Part shown: positions 13,896 through 24,495 of the stretch, one piece after another | Layout: each line of letters begins with the position of its first letter | How positions within the stretch are numbered: the first letter of the stretch is position 1 | NCBI GenBank assembly: GCA_949358305.1 | Contig: OX442314.1 | Location: forward strand, 13,206,001 to 13,270,000 | From: Strigamia acuminata | Lineage: Eukaryota | DNA: 64,000 nt | Direction of reading: 5' to 3' | The notes under the pieces: model-generated | Told to the model about the DNA's origin: nothing | What the model saw: the letters and a program-made list of their open reading frames with translations, nothing else | Database searches by the model: none | Translations under genes and position numbers: made by a program

Positions 13896-15689
13896 GTCTT
13901 GAAATGCGCAAATGATGATCAGCCGGTTTTTAATCTGTTGTGAACTTAAGCAAACGTTGATATTAATTCGCATTACTATAGAAATAATATATAAACAGAC
14001 CAAATCTCTAAGCTTTTTGTTCCTTCGTACTTTTCTTTTCTTTCTATTTCTTATCGTTTATCACATTGGTCGTTGAATGGAATCTGATGCAGTCTTCAAG
14101 TCGAATAGGTGGAAATATAATCAAGAATGTTATTTAAAATGAAAAAGAAAGATGGATTCTTGGTGTAAGAGAACTAGGCAAAGACGAAGGATTTGGGAGT
14201 GATGACCTCTTTGCAAAGTGTGGAAAATTGGATTCTTTTGAGTCGAGTTTTTATGGCAGACCTTTTCCCATTTCCGCCACAGGCATTGGTCATGATCGCC
14301 ACTTGTTTCACAGTACAGAGGTCGCCCTTTGGTCACCCCTGCCTGAGCAGAATGAAACCTTTCACATTTTGAACGTCTCAATGCGGCATCATCCGATCGA
14401 TATACGCACTGTCCTTAGTGCGCTACAGGGAGCCGGAAACTGTTAATTCAATTACACTAGTGTTCGTTACAATTGATTTCACTTTAATACGCCCAGAGTT
14501 TATTGTGTAGTGAGTAATTCTAATTTGCCTAAATTGCTGTGGTTGCATGCTTTGGTTTTTACTCTCATACACAATACAATATCTCGTTCCTTAGTCTTTT
14601 TACTCGTTTGATGAATGAGATATGGTGGGAATTGTTTCGATGCTAACGACGGAGATAAATCACGTGGCTTTATTGCTGTGTGCCAAAACTTTTTCTCAAG
14701 GTGCATTCAAAGTTTCTGTTTCTGTGGTATTATAAAAAGCAAAAACAGAAGACAAAAACTTGCAAAATTGGGCATGTGTTTATTTTTAGGCCTGTTTATA
14801 GTGTCGTTTTTAGATCTCATGCTCGGTTTGTGAAAACCAGACTGTAAAGAGTCGTGCAGGAAAGCCAACATCGTGGCAGAGATTTTGAATTCAAGATCGG
14901 ATGACGGGTAAACGGAAGTCATGTTTTTTGTCATATTTTTTCAATTTTAACCTTTTGTTCCTGTTTTAACTAATGTAAACCCCTTTTTTAACATAATAAA
15001 TCTTGTCTTTACCTACAAAGCATGGTTTTATTTCATCTCAGAAGAATAATATCAAAATTTTAGTCAATTTTCATCAAAATTTACTTCAATTTAATTACGA
15101 GAATCAAAGATGCATCGCCTGAAAGCAGTACAGTGATTGTAAAGTTTGACCCCTCGATTTAACTGTCTTGGCAGCCATTTTTGGTGATGGTTTTTGGCTG
15201 TTTTTGGTGTCCAAAGTTTAAACGTCAAAAACGACATACAGAAACTTTGAATGCATCTTTTGTTTTTCAAGGTTTGGTTTTTTTGTTTTCTTAGGGTGTT
15301 TTCTAGCGGTGAAAATGTTATTCTTCAAAAACATTTAAAGTCTTCACTAACTTGTAAGTTGAGGTATTGATTTTGGGGAATGGCTGAACTTTGCCATTAA
15401 TGTTGCCCCTAGCTGAAGATGTGTGGTAATGATAAATTAAATTTGGCTAAGATATTTATTAAATGAAGAGTTGCTAGGGGAATTTGTTTTGATTTGATGT
15501 TTTCCACAGGTTGATAGTTTATTAGTTTTACCAGATTGGATAGAACAATGTAGGACTTCTTCTTTAAAAGACATATATTATATACAACAAGGATATTTTT
15601 GGTAGCTTTAGGTCAAAAAATTGTTGAAACTTGCTTGAGTGGACATTTATTTAGTATTAATGGGATGAAGTTTATAAATTTATAAGTTT

Positions 15690-16085
15690 TTAATCATTAG
15701 ATGCAGCACAAGTATTTTGTTTACAATAAATTTTTTAACATTGTTCTTGAATTTTAATTCAGTTGAATATCCTTTCATGTCTTGGTGATGTTGTTTCACT
15801 TTTAGTCTACCTACAGTATAGGTAATATTATTCATAAGTTTATTTATTTTAGGGTGTGTGTGTACTTGTGTGTGTTTGGACAGGTGTGTACAGTGAGTAC
15901 TCTGCTTTTGAGCAGGTGGATATAGATGAGTGGATTCCATTGACCGAAGGCGCGATACTGGAAAGTGTTTCGTATGAAGTTAGTTCGGTGGATATTAATT
16001 TTATTTCATTCATAACTGAAATATTTACAATATTTTCTAAAGTTCTGTAAGTTTTAAGCTTTTGGGCAATGAAAATGCTCACTAT
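15690..16085 (-). mobile_element. Non-LTR retrotransposon (LINE) ORF2 3' fragment
   Basis: Minus-strand pieces SIFIAQKLKTYRTLENIVN ... THLYPPAQKQSTH ... KLMNNI ... KFKNNVKKFIVNK resemble the CR1/L2/Jockey ORF2 C-terminus (LF..LKILTL.NIY; H.Y.TR.K; L.N.LP; FK..LK.FL). Confidence 0.5.
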
Positions 16086-16509
16086 ACTCGAGTTGCACTC
16101 AAAAAGGCACCTCACAATGTGTACTCCCATTGGTTGAGCCAGTTTACTACTAACTCCAGACTGTATACTACTACTAGGAGAAGAAGTTTAGTTTTTTATT
16201 TATTGTTGTGATTGTTATGACTAATTTAGTTTATGTTATTTTGATTTTATTTAATAAAAAATGTTATTTCCATCATTAAAATGAAGTTTCACACATTAAA
16301 AAATGTCAAACTCATGTTTGTTGTGTTTATTGCTTAAATCGTCTGGAAGGTTGAATTTTAGGCCGTTGCCTAGGCAATCGATTACAATGTCTGTACATTG
16401 TAATGCAATTCTGGTGTTTTGGTCTACTTTTTCGGATCACTACTCCAGTAAACTGGCTCGACCAATGGAAGTACACATTGTGAGGTGCCTTTTTGAGTGC
16501 AACTCGAGT
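16086..16509. mobile_element. MITE with ~62-bp terminal inverted repeats
   Basis: ACTCGAGTTGCACTCAAAAAGGCACCTCACAATGTGTACTCCCATTGGTTGAGCCAGTTTACT (16086-16148) is the reverse complement of 16448-16509 with 2 mismatches. The interior is AT-rich. Confidence 0.85.
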
Positions 16510-16580
16510 TTATGGGAATAACTTAATGAGTTAATAGAAAATATGTTTGTTGGCAAAGAATGTGAGAAGGGATACATCTA

Positions 16581-16900
16581 CAGTTTGTGCTCGGTATCTT
16601 GATGCTAAATTCAAACTGCGCATGCATTTAACATGGCGATTGTCAAGCTTGTTGCACAGAAGATTTCCTAATTCCAATCGTTATTTAGCGGTGTGAAGCC
16701 TAATATTATGTTTAATAATGCTAAAATAAAGAAAATAAACAACAAGAAACTCATTAATAAAAGTAATTTACGGCATGGTACAGACATATTGTTGATTTAT
16801 TTCTTTTGTTTGCAACAAGCTTGACAATCACCATGTTAAATGCATGCGCAGAATGTGATGCTCAGTTTGAATTTGGCATTAAGATACCGGATGCGAACTG
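16581..16900. mobile_element. Tc1/mariner-type MITE with ~80-90 bp TIRs
   Basis: TA|CAGT...ACTG|TG ends. The arm GCGCATGCATTTAACATGGCGATTGTCAAGCTTGTTGCA is nearly perfectly inverted at 16810-16850; the left arm has an internal deletion. Confidence 0.8.
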
Positions 16901-16902
16901 TG

Positions 16903-17110
16903 GGTTGGTGATGAGATTTAGCCGGACAGTGGTAATGACCATCAATAGATACACTTTGAATAAGAGTTGAAGCGGGAGAGGGCAGCAATTGCCCTTCTAC
17001 TGTGATGAGTGCAAGTCATTAGCTTTCAGTATTGGCGATGGTAGGAAGTGAGTCTCTATCTCAAGAGAGGCTATACATTTTATTCAATGTAACTGCTTTT
17101 GAAAACATTT
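16903..17110 (+). mobile_element. Possible decayed piggyBac C-terminal cysteine-rich domain
   Basis: VGDEI*PDSGNDH ... SNCP ... FYCDECK ... NCF*KH resembles the piggyBac CRD (EIR.D..GH.P; RC..C; YC..C; NCF..FH). Confidence 0.35.
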
Positions 17111-17439
17111 TCCAAGAATATTTTCATTAATCAAGAGCCGGTTTGAGGTTTCAAGGCAATCAGATACGCCCTCCTAAACTCTCGGTGGATAAACGAGCGC
17201 AAGGTTTTATCTCTTTCTTAACTTATAGATTTGTCTAAAGGCAGGAGAATAGCACTTTGCGCAGGCGCATCATAAAGATACTTTTCTATCTTTACGGTTG
17301 ATTGATTTCAAAAAAAACAATTTTTAATACTACAACGAATAATAAATATTGCGTTACCTTCATTACCATTACTTTGTGAAAGGGCAACGATAAAACTGTT
17401 ATCGTTATACCGTTACTGTAGTAATTGAAGTTGAACTAG

Positions 17440-17741
17440 CGTGATAGCTGATTATCTTCGTAAGAAGTAAACGTTTGAATGTTTCTTCATTGAATTCCAC
17501 ATTAATTTGGATATCCTGAATTAACATTGGATAACGGCTATAAAAGTATTATTTTGTTTTAGTAGAAGCAGTGCTGCTTTTTGTTGAGAATTCAAACAGC
17601 AGTCCTATGAGATTAGCTTTGTAGGCAAAGCTTAAAAGAGAAAGCAGTAATTAAAGAGCATGTCTGTAAGCACTGAAGAAGACTTAACTTTTGACTTCTT
17701 TAAATAAGTCCTGGAAAGTCGAAATGTTCAGCTATAATAAA
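17440..17741 (+). mobile_element. Probable Penelope-like element 3' remnant ending in a hammerhead-ribozyme-like motif and AATAAA
   Basis: Degenerate peptide DYLRKK*TFECFFIE..INLD.LN*HWITAIK resembles the end of a GIY-YIG ORF. It is followed by CTGAAGA-A-GACTT...AAGTC-GAAA-TGTTC (17673-17729) and AATAAA (17736-17741). Confidence 0.5.
17664..17737 (+). ncRNA. Minimal type I hammerhead ribozyme-like motif (degenerate)
   Basis: Core CUGAAGA, extra A, stem II GACUU/AAGUC, GAAA, near-palindromic stem III AAUGUU (cf. AACGUU) and cleavage triplet ending UC. Stem I is only partial (AGC/GCU). Confidence 0.5.
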
Positions 17742-18919
17742 TGCACACATGTGATTAAATATTAGTGTTTTTGTTAATTAAGGCATGTTGCTAAGAAAGA
17801 TTAGCCATTGTAAATTTTGTTTGTAGATACTGAGAGACAAACTAAAGATTTTAGGAGGGTCGGGAAGGGCTGATTAATTTAAGCAGTGTTATTTCATGTG
17901 TAGATAAGGGTCTTTTTTTTAGGGCTCTTTGTTTAAATTAATAAAGAAACTCGAAGATTGGGAGTTAATAGTTGAGATTTCATTTACTTTTGTGTGAAAT
18001 GAAAAAGAGCAAAGTTTTTTTTTTTTTTGCTTTTTATTTCTTCAAAAAGAAAGACATTAATACGTGACAGATCCAATTTCTAAGAGAAATTTCTTTCAAT
18101 CATAACTTTTTAATATTGGTTTTAATACCAGATTGGTTATTTTTATATATATTTTTTTTAGGTGTTTTATTTTTAGATTTAAAGCGAACATTAACCTTAG
18201 AGAAATTTGAAATTCAACTATCTAGATTTTTCACCTCTTTTAGATTGGATTGGGTAGGAAAGACGGCGCCACAGAATAATCTGTTGTGGCACGTGTTTGC
18301 TTTATGCAATATTCTACAAGAAGTGATTTATCTTTAGACAATGTCAAGTAACGTTGATTGGATGGCCCACAATCAAGGACGTAATTGGCCGTTGGATGTC
18401 ACAAATGATCGATTCAATTTCTCACAATTGCAATGTGGAAATAACAAATTTTTCGAATTTTGCAACAAGAAAAAAAAAATCTGCTGGGAAAGATTTCTAG
18501 AAAACAGTCAATATTTTGTCAATATTTTCTTCGAGTTTCCCTAGCGACCTTAGGAGATGTTATAAAAGAATTTTCTCATGTTGATTCAATTCCTCTGCTT
18601 TTTTTTATTGTATGTCGAAACTTTGTTACTGTGTTTACTAATGTTTTCCTTCCTCCTGTGCAAATTGTAATCTTGAGGCAAAAATCAATAATATTTCTTG
18701 AACTGGAGTCATCTGATTTACTGGTCGTGAAAGCTAAGCGTTATCGCGTACGTTATTAATCGTGAGTAATGGATGATGTAGGTGGAAGATTTTTCTCTTT
18801 CCATACACCAAACTTTCTCTCTGATAAAGTCGTCTCAATTAAGAAGATTGAGAACTTTTTTTACATGTTATTTACTTTCTTTTATCTAACCTGGAGTTAT
18901 TTTATTCACAACCTAAAGG

Positions 18920-19271
18920 CAGAAGCGGATTTATGGGCTTTGGGGCCCTTTTCCCAGGTTTTTTTTGGAACCATATTTGAAAAAAATTGTCACAAAATAA
19001 ATTTTGAAGGAAAAAAAAGGAATTGGCACTTTTCACGTGAGAAACAATTTTATTTCCCTATTTGTAGTATCAGAGATAGGTTTCCGTATAAGCAAAATAA
19101 GCACAAATATGTTATAGCTCTCCCGGGGGTCAGTTTAGGCTTTCCAGGGATTTTGTTCTATTTAAATGTACGTTCTGATCAATAAAGTTAGTCTAGTTTA
19201 GACAACCATCATAACAGGTTGTCTTCATCATTCTCACAAATAATTTTTTGATGTTGTTAAATCCGGCCCTG
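18920..19271. mobile_element. Older non-autonomous hAT copy
   Basis: Left end CAGAAGCGGATTTA vs right end TAAATCCGGCCCTG (11/14 inverted match). GGGGCCC subterminal motif as in 41442-41776. No TSD recognisable. Confidence 0.5.
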
Positions 19272-19530
19272 CATAGTATTTTTGGTGTGTATTGAGAGGG
19301 ACGGCAAACTCAGGGACTGCCTTGTGCAGCAAAAGCTTGAGCTGCATTACCGAACTTCGCTGGGGCCCTTCTTCTGCGAGAACTGTGAGAACCTATAAAT
19401 CTGCTCTTGTTGACTTGACCTAAGGGTCAAAACCTGAAGAATACAGTGTTAAATTTTAATGATCCTACTTAGTGTGACAAAAATTCAAGAAAGATTATGT
19501 GGAAAAGTAAACAAACCGGAACCAGAGGTC

Positions 19531-19602
19531 TCCATGGCTGGATCGAAGTCGCAGGTCTCCTGTTTGCCTGACAGGTGCATTAGACCATTACGCTATCCTG
19601 GA
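19531..19602 (-). pseudogene. tRNA-like sequence (pseudo-tRNA or tRNA-derived SINE head)
   Basis: Minus strand reads TCCAGGA TA GCGT AATGGTCTA ATGC A CCTGT CAGGCAA ACAGG AGAC CTGCGAC TTCGATC CAG CCATGGA. A-box, D-stem, a perfect 5-bp anticodon stem with 7-nt loop and a TTCGA B-box are present. T-stem and acceptor stem are damaged and U33 is missing. Confidence 0.6.
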
Positions 19603-20579
19603 CAGTGGGCTCCACTAGAACCCAGACAACAAACACTTAACAACCACAAGAGAAGAGACATGTAAGCTCCATCATCCGGAGAGCAAAAACAATTGTTGTG
19701 GGAAAAAACTTGTATCGGGTCCTTCTAAATAAGAATTAAAGTGAATACACTATTCTGGAAATTATACAATAATATCTTTATATCGTTTTATATCGCTCGT
19801 ATAGGGAATCGTACAATTTCTTCCATCTACTTGTAATATAAAACGACAAGATGTCAAACACACCATCTTAGCTATAACATCTTAATCGGAATAATTATTT
19901 CCTGCAATATGTCATACTTAATCCTTCACCATCAAAGCAGTTATGATTTGAGCTTTTATTTATTTATTCATTCATTTCATTTAAAAGATTTAATTGGTTG
20001 GGAAATATTCCAACTTAAAGACCGTGCTGAATTAAACGTAAAGTGAAAATGAAGTCAGCTCAAAGCTGACGCAATTGCATATTTATTACACGCCGGTATA
20101 TTCAGCGGTAGAAATTATTACACCTCTGCTGTGTTTTCTATATGTTGCTAATAACTTGTGCGAAGACTTTAACATCTTTATGTACGATTCATAAAGTGTG
20201 AAGCATGTTATGTATGAGTGCAGCAGGTGAGCAGATCTATTTGTCTTCAGGAGGAAAAAAAAAATTAAATTACTATATTGTGGTGTAATTTTAGAAAATA
20301 ATAATTTTTAGAAGTTAAATTTCTCATTTGTTGTAAAATAGTTACCGGTGTCACAAACACGAGTTTTTTTGCTGTGGTTAAGGTTTTATCAGCTTGGTTT
20401 AATCTACTTAAATGTAAGGTTCTACTTGAATCACTCGAAGAAATGAAGGCAGGATGAAATGAGAGATTTTGTGGAGAGGGCGCAATTTAATATCACGCTG
20501 CAAGAAGAAAATTGGAATTTACTCAAATGAATGACTGTTCATGAGGTCTTAATCTCTAGATTGCATGAAGGCTTTTACA

Positions 20580-20850
20580 GATCTTAGTACATTGGTTTAG
20601 TATAATAATATAAAAATTTATTTTGAAGAGAATTATTTATATATATTTCATGGGATTATCATCTGGCATTTTGCGGTTAATATTGGAGATTAAATATTTA
20701 AGTTGCAACCAGATTTAAAAGACCGATTTGGAATTTACAATTAGGGAGGTATAGGAAGTAATGAACCTGAGCTTGAAGGTCATAAGTAAACATGGATGCA
20801 TGGGAAATTGAACAGAAGCAGAGAGTGTGTCATTTGTGATACCGGTATCT
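20580..20850 (+). mobile_element. Possible LINE ORF2 3' fragment (zinc-binding end)
   Basis: Frameshifted YNNIK..FEENYL ... IGSNEPELEG ... QRVCHL(C)DTG resembles Y...K..F..E.YL...R.GS..L.IE.GR....R.C..C of invertebrate LINE C-termini. Confidence 0.35.
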
Positions 20851-21194
20851 GAAATTAGCATAAAGGAGAAATTCCACGAGTCGAAAGACGAAATTCATCT
20901 AACCATGATAGATTTTTCATAAAACAATAACAGAATTAGCATTACCACTGCTCTGCGTAATTAGAAAAACAAATTAATGCAAATTTCAATTAGTAATCAA
21001 CATTTTAATTTTTGTTTTTAAAAAAGTTGTAAAAAAATTAATTTAATTATTGAAGCCAAAAAAAATTTGCATTTAGTTTTAAACACATACACATTTTTTT
21101 TTAAATGCTGTTCAGCTTCAAGACAATCCAATAAAATGCAAGTTGAGGGGAAAAATCGAGTAGAGAACAAGATTGTTTGGGTTTGCACATGTTT

Positions 21195-21460
21195 ATTTAG
21201 GGACTGCTTCTTCTTCCCACACTTGATACACACAGAAAAAAGTTAAGAAGCAGCTTATTTGGAGGGAAAAGGGAGAAATTTTAGAGAGACAATTCAATAT
21301 TTCAGTTATCAACATCGGGCCTGGGGCAACGACCTGTTTGTTATTGACTTCGACGAGGATCCGACTCCGCGCTCTAACATGATCAAGACGGAAACGACCG
21401 CTCTTGACATGCGGCACAGCTCCAGCTACAGCAGTTTCTGTTCTGGCTTCTTTCTTCAGA
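21195..21460 (-). mobile_element. Decayed piggyBac (PGBD2/3-like) C-terminal cysteine-rich domain
   Basis: Minus-strand pieces RFRLDHV ... TGRCPRPD ... VCIKCG...SLNK resemble VR.DHV.H...KGRC..P.C....C.KC...LCLNK. Confidence 0.45.
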
Positions 21461-22559
21461 CGTATACACACTCGCGGAATAATTAGGGGGAAAACGAGAT
21501 AATTAAGTTAAAACTTTATTTATTTTATTACGCACTCAATTTTATTCTGCAACTTTTAATTGGGCTTAGGGAAATTTGATCAAATGTTTTTTTTTGTTTC
21601 TTTAGGGTTACAAATGGAATTTTTAAGTGATGTTGAATTTTTTAAATGGTAAATGTTAAATGGGGGAGATTTTTTTTTTTTTGGGTTGAATTTAGAGAGA
21701 AAAAAAGATGTATGTACTAATGTAAATGCATGCCAAGAAAAGTGTTTGTCGAATAAAAGGAGAATCCTGTTGGTAGAATGATTGAACGAGCTTTTCTTGA
21801 TCAAAATGTTTGAAAGGGAGCGTTTTGATCTTTGACTCACGTTCTTCGCACGAAAGAGAAAGTTTGCCAAGTCTGATTGGCGTGTGCGAGATCTTTCTAA
21901 AGGAAAAGTTTTATTGGCAGCTCGTAAAAGTTCCCTTCTATTCTTAAAGTAAGTGAAGGTATGCATGAAGTGAGTGCAAACAAGAAGAATAAGCAAATTC
22001 CAACTTACATTTCCACCAAAACGAATACAAAAAAGTCGATGGAAACATGGGAGAATGGAACCATTCGAGTGAAGTAAATAATATTACACAAACTTTATAT
22101 TTCATTAAAACCTCCTGAAACAAAATAGGTGCATTTAAAGCTTCTGTTTATCGTGTTTGACGTTTATATATGTTGGAATGTTGTGTATGCATTACAGTAT
22201 GGCAATGTGGTATTCTGTAGTGTGGTGCCACTTACCGTGGTGCCAATGATTATTTAGTCTACTTATGTAGTGTCATGTAACCATGGCCACCCCATGTACA
22301 GTTTTAACCCCCAGTCCGAATAAAGCCACCCATAGAGTAAGGCGTGCTCCGAGTCTCTTATAGATTTTGATCAGATCGATTCAAGTTAGTTTGATAATTA
22401 CTCGATTTCGTATAAAAGTTCTTCGTCGAACAGAACTTAATTATTCAGAAATTCGACCAATACGAAAGCAAGGAAAAGGAAAACGACTTTTGTTTCCACC
22501 GTACCAAACTCATCTTAAGCGGCTGGATCAAAGGCAACTTGCTGCAGTCTAATTCCTCG

Positions 22560-22830
22560 GCAAACATTTCAGTTGATATTGAAAATTTGCACAAAATTGA
22601 TCGATTTCTTCATTAATGAAATCAGAATCCAATTTAGCACCGGTAAGGAGCAATATACAGTGGAATAAAAACCCTAACCTTTTCTTAGTGGCTTTTAACT
22701 TTGGCAGCGACAAATATTCTAAAGCAGATAAAACGCAAATTAGCATCTTTTATCATCTCTGGCATGCACTACTAATAACAGGAAGTAACACTGGGAGCCG
22801 CTGTGTTATGTCAGCAAACTTCGATGTTGT
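22560..22830 (-). mobile_element. Decayed hAT transposase C-terminal fragment
   Basis: KFADITQRL.VLLPVISSACQR** ... LLTGAKLDSDFINEEIDQF resembles FP....L..LPV.SA.CERSFS ... I.G..L......ID.F. Confidence 0.5.
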
Positions 22831-23371
22831 TTACTTAAGAGCCACACTGAATTAGTCAAGCAAAGTAATTTAAGGACATGCAGGGTTTAGTAATTATGCC
22901 GACAGATAAATTTTAAAGCAGTCAATACACCGACAGTGATAAAATTTGAGAAAGGGAATTGCAAGTTATATAAAGTGGAAAAAGCAGGAGCAGTTAAGAT
23001 TGGTAATTTCATTAAAAAAAAGTTGGCTCTAAGCATTTTAAAACCACAAATTTCAACTGTAGCCAAGCAAATGATTCAGTTGCGCCCGAGAGAACACTTC
23101 TTGTTAAGGGGGCCGAATGCTCTCTTTGCAGCTAGTTCCACGAGTAGTTTCTTAGGTCGGAAATTGGATTCTCATAAACAAAGAAGAATTTTCTTTTTTT
23201 TTAGAGCTCCAGCTCCTTGCATCGTTGATCAAGTAAGATTCTGATGAAAGAAAAGATTTTTCAAGAGCTCGCTTTAGCTTTTGAATTTTGGTTCAAGGGG
23301 ATCAAGAACTACTTAGCTTCTAATTGCACGCTCAACAAATACAAACTACTGTAAGAAGTTTCTCCAGTTTG

Positions 23372-23835
23372 TCATCCATGGCGGAAGACAAAACTATTTG
23401 GTAGTTTGTCGAAGAATAAAATCCATAAATCTTCAATACATATACTACGTTTACATGCACGGAATATTTCGAGTGAGATGAAATATTCCGCGTGCACAAC
23501 TGTCATGTAAACAGGGATGACAAGGATATTCGAGTAGTGAATAATCCCTCGCAGAAGGTTGTTTAATTCGAGTGAACTCGAACTAGTTTTATTTCTCTTT
23601 AAATCACTTTCAGAAGTCACTTAAAGAAGTTAATTCTCGATTGAACACACTTATTGTGAATATGGTAGGTACACAAAAGCCAATCGCAAATGCAGAAGAG
23701 ATAAGTCACTTCTATAAGTCAAAGAAAAGATTTCAACAACACTTGTAAGTTGACTTCCCAGAGAATTGACATAAAAAATGTCATATCTTGTTTAGCGAAG
23801 TCATTTCATGCGAATAAGTCAATTTGTCTTTCGAA
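23372..23835 (-). mobile_element. Possible decayed Merlin/ISXO2 transposase catalytic fragment
   Basis: CDWLLC ... NNLLRGIIHYSN ... TVVHAEYFIS...IEDLW ... SFVFRH resembles VDW..FC; ILPGT.I.SD; TVNHS.NFV.P....IE.LW; EF.WR. Confidence 0.4.
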
Positions 23836-24339
23836 GATTGAAAGCACCTATTGTTAGCGCCTCCCCCTTCTAACTGGGTCTGGGTGCTACATTTCAAAAT
23901 ATTTTAGACATAAATCTTAGACTTATCCCAAGTCATCTTCTGCTAGGCCGGCAACCATGCAGGGAAGTATGCTTTGAGACCACCCAGCCGCCATTGTCGT
24001 CTTTCATATGTCCTCCTCTATATACAGAGAGAGAGAAGCAACATTCTTCCAAGACCTGAGCGGGAGGGAAAACTGCTTTATCTTTAATCCTTGCTTTAAT
24101 CCTTTTTCTTATTGCCCCCTACTGCACACGTCCTTTCTGAAATCGTCACAGTGACCTCACAAGAGTCGTCTGGTGGAAAGCGAGGGATTTTCATGTCTTT
24201 TGTTGAGGTTTTATTATTACAAGATTTAAACCATACGGAGTCGTTTTTTAAAACTAGAATATATGTTTTTTAAACGCTATTCATATAAAAGTTGTTAACA
24301 GAGGGCGAAAGGGGTCTATGACGTTCATCAAAAGAGAGA

Positions 24340-24495
24340 AAAGGATGCGGGTGAGTGGGAAAATGGAACGGAGGCGGGAGTGCGGGAGTGCGGGTGGGAT
24401 TAGTGCCAGAGACCCGGCGGGATGGGATTTGGCAAGAGATCGGGTGGGATGGAGCGAAATGGGGCGCTTGATTGGGCGGAATGGGGTTGACATCG
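24340..24495 (+). repeat. G-rich degenerate repeat (GCGGGA/GGGATG units)
   Basis: Many GGG tracts in otherwise AT-rich DNA. A canonical G3N5G3N5G3N1G3 pattern lies at 24376-24398. Confidence 0.6.

Larger units (their letters stand above)
11170..14450 (+). mobile_element. Fossil BEL/Pao LTR-retrotransposon pol (RT-RNaseH-integrase), heavily degraded and interrupted
   Basis: Collinear motifs in the expected order: NGP*VQIELAVL..F...DI (~11205, cf. GP.LQ.DL...L.FR...DI); CFYVVNL (11755, cf. FYVDNL); FEYIGL (~12240, cf. FDPLG); LH..DAIG.SF.GVV (~12480); LTVNNLVLKCAL (12775, cf. LTIPRLEL.AA); WILGVREL (14153); MADL and PISATGI (14253-14290, cf. MADLP...PF..TGID). Confidence 0.6.

Noticed and set aside
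13655..13943. Repetitive ORFs (FAHFSKISHIF...) and a CRISPR-like periodic look
   Set aside because: Translation of a 20-bp tandem repeat. There are no unique spacers and the context is eukaryotic.
19405..19440. Second hammerhead-like motif (TTGACTT GACC taag GGTC AAAAC)
   Set aside because: Four catalytic-core positions deviate from CUGANGA/GAAA, so it cannot be supported.
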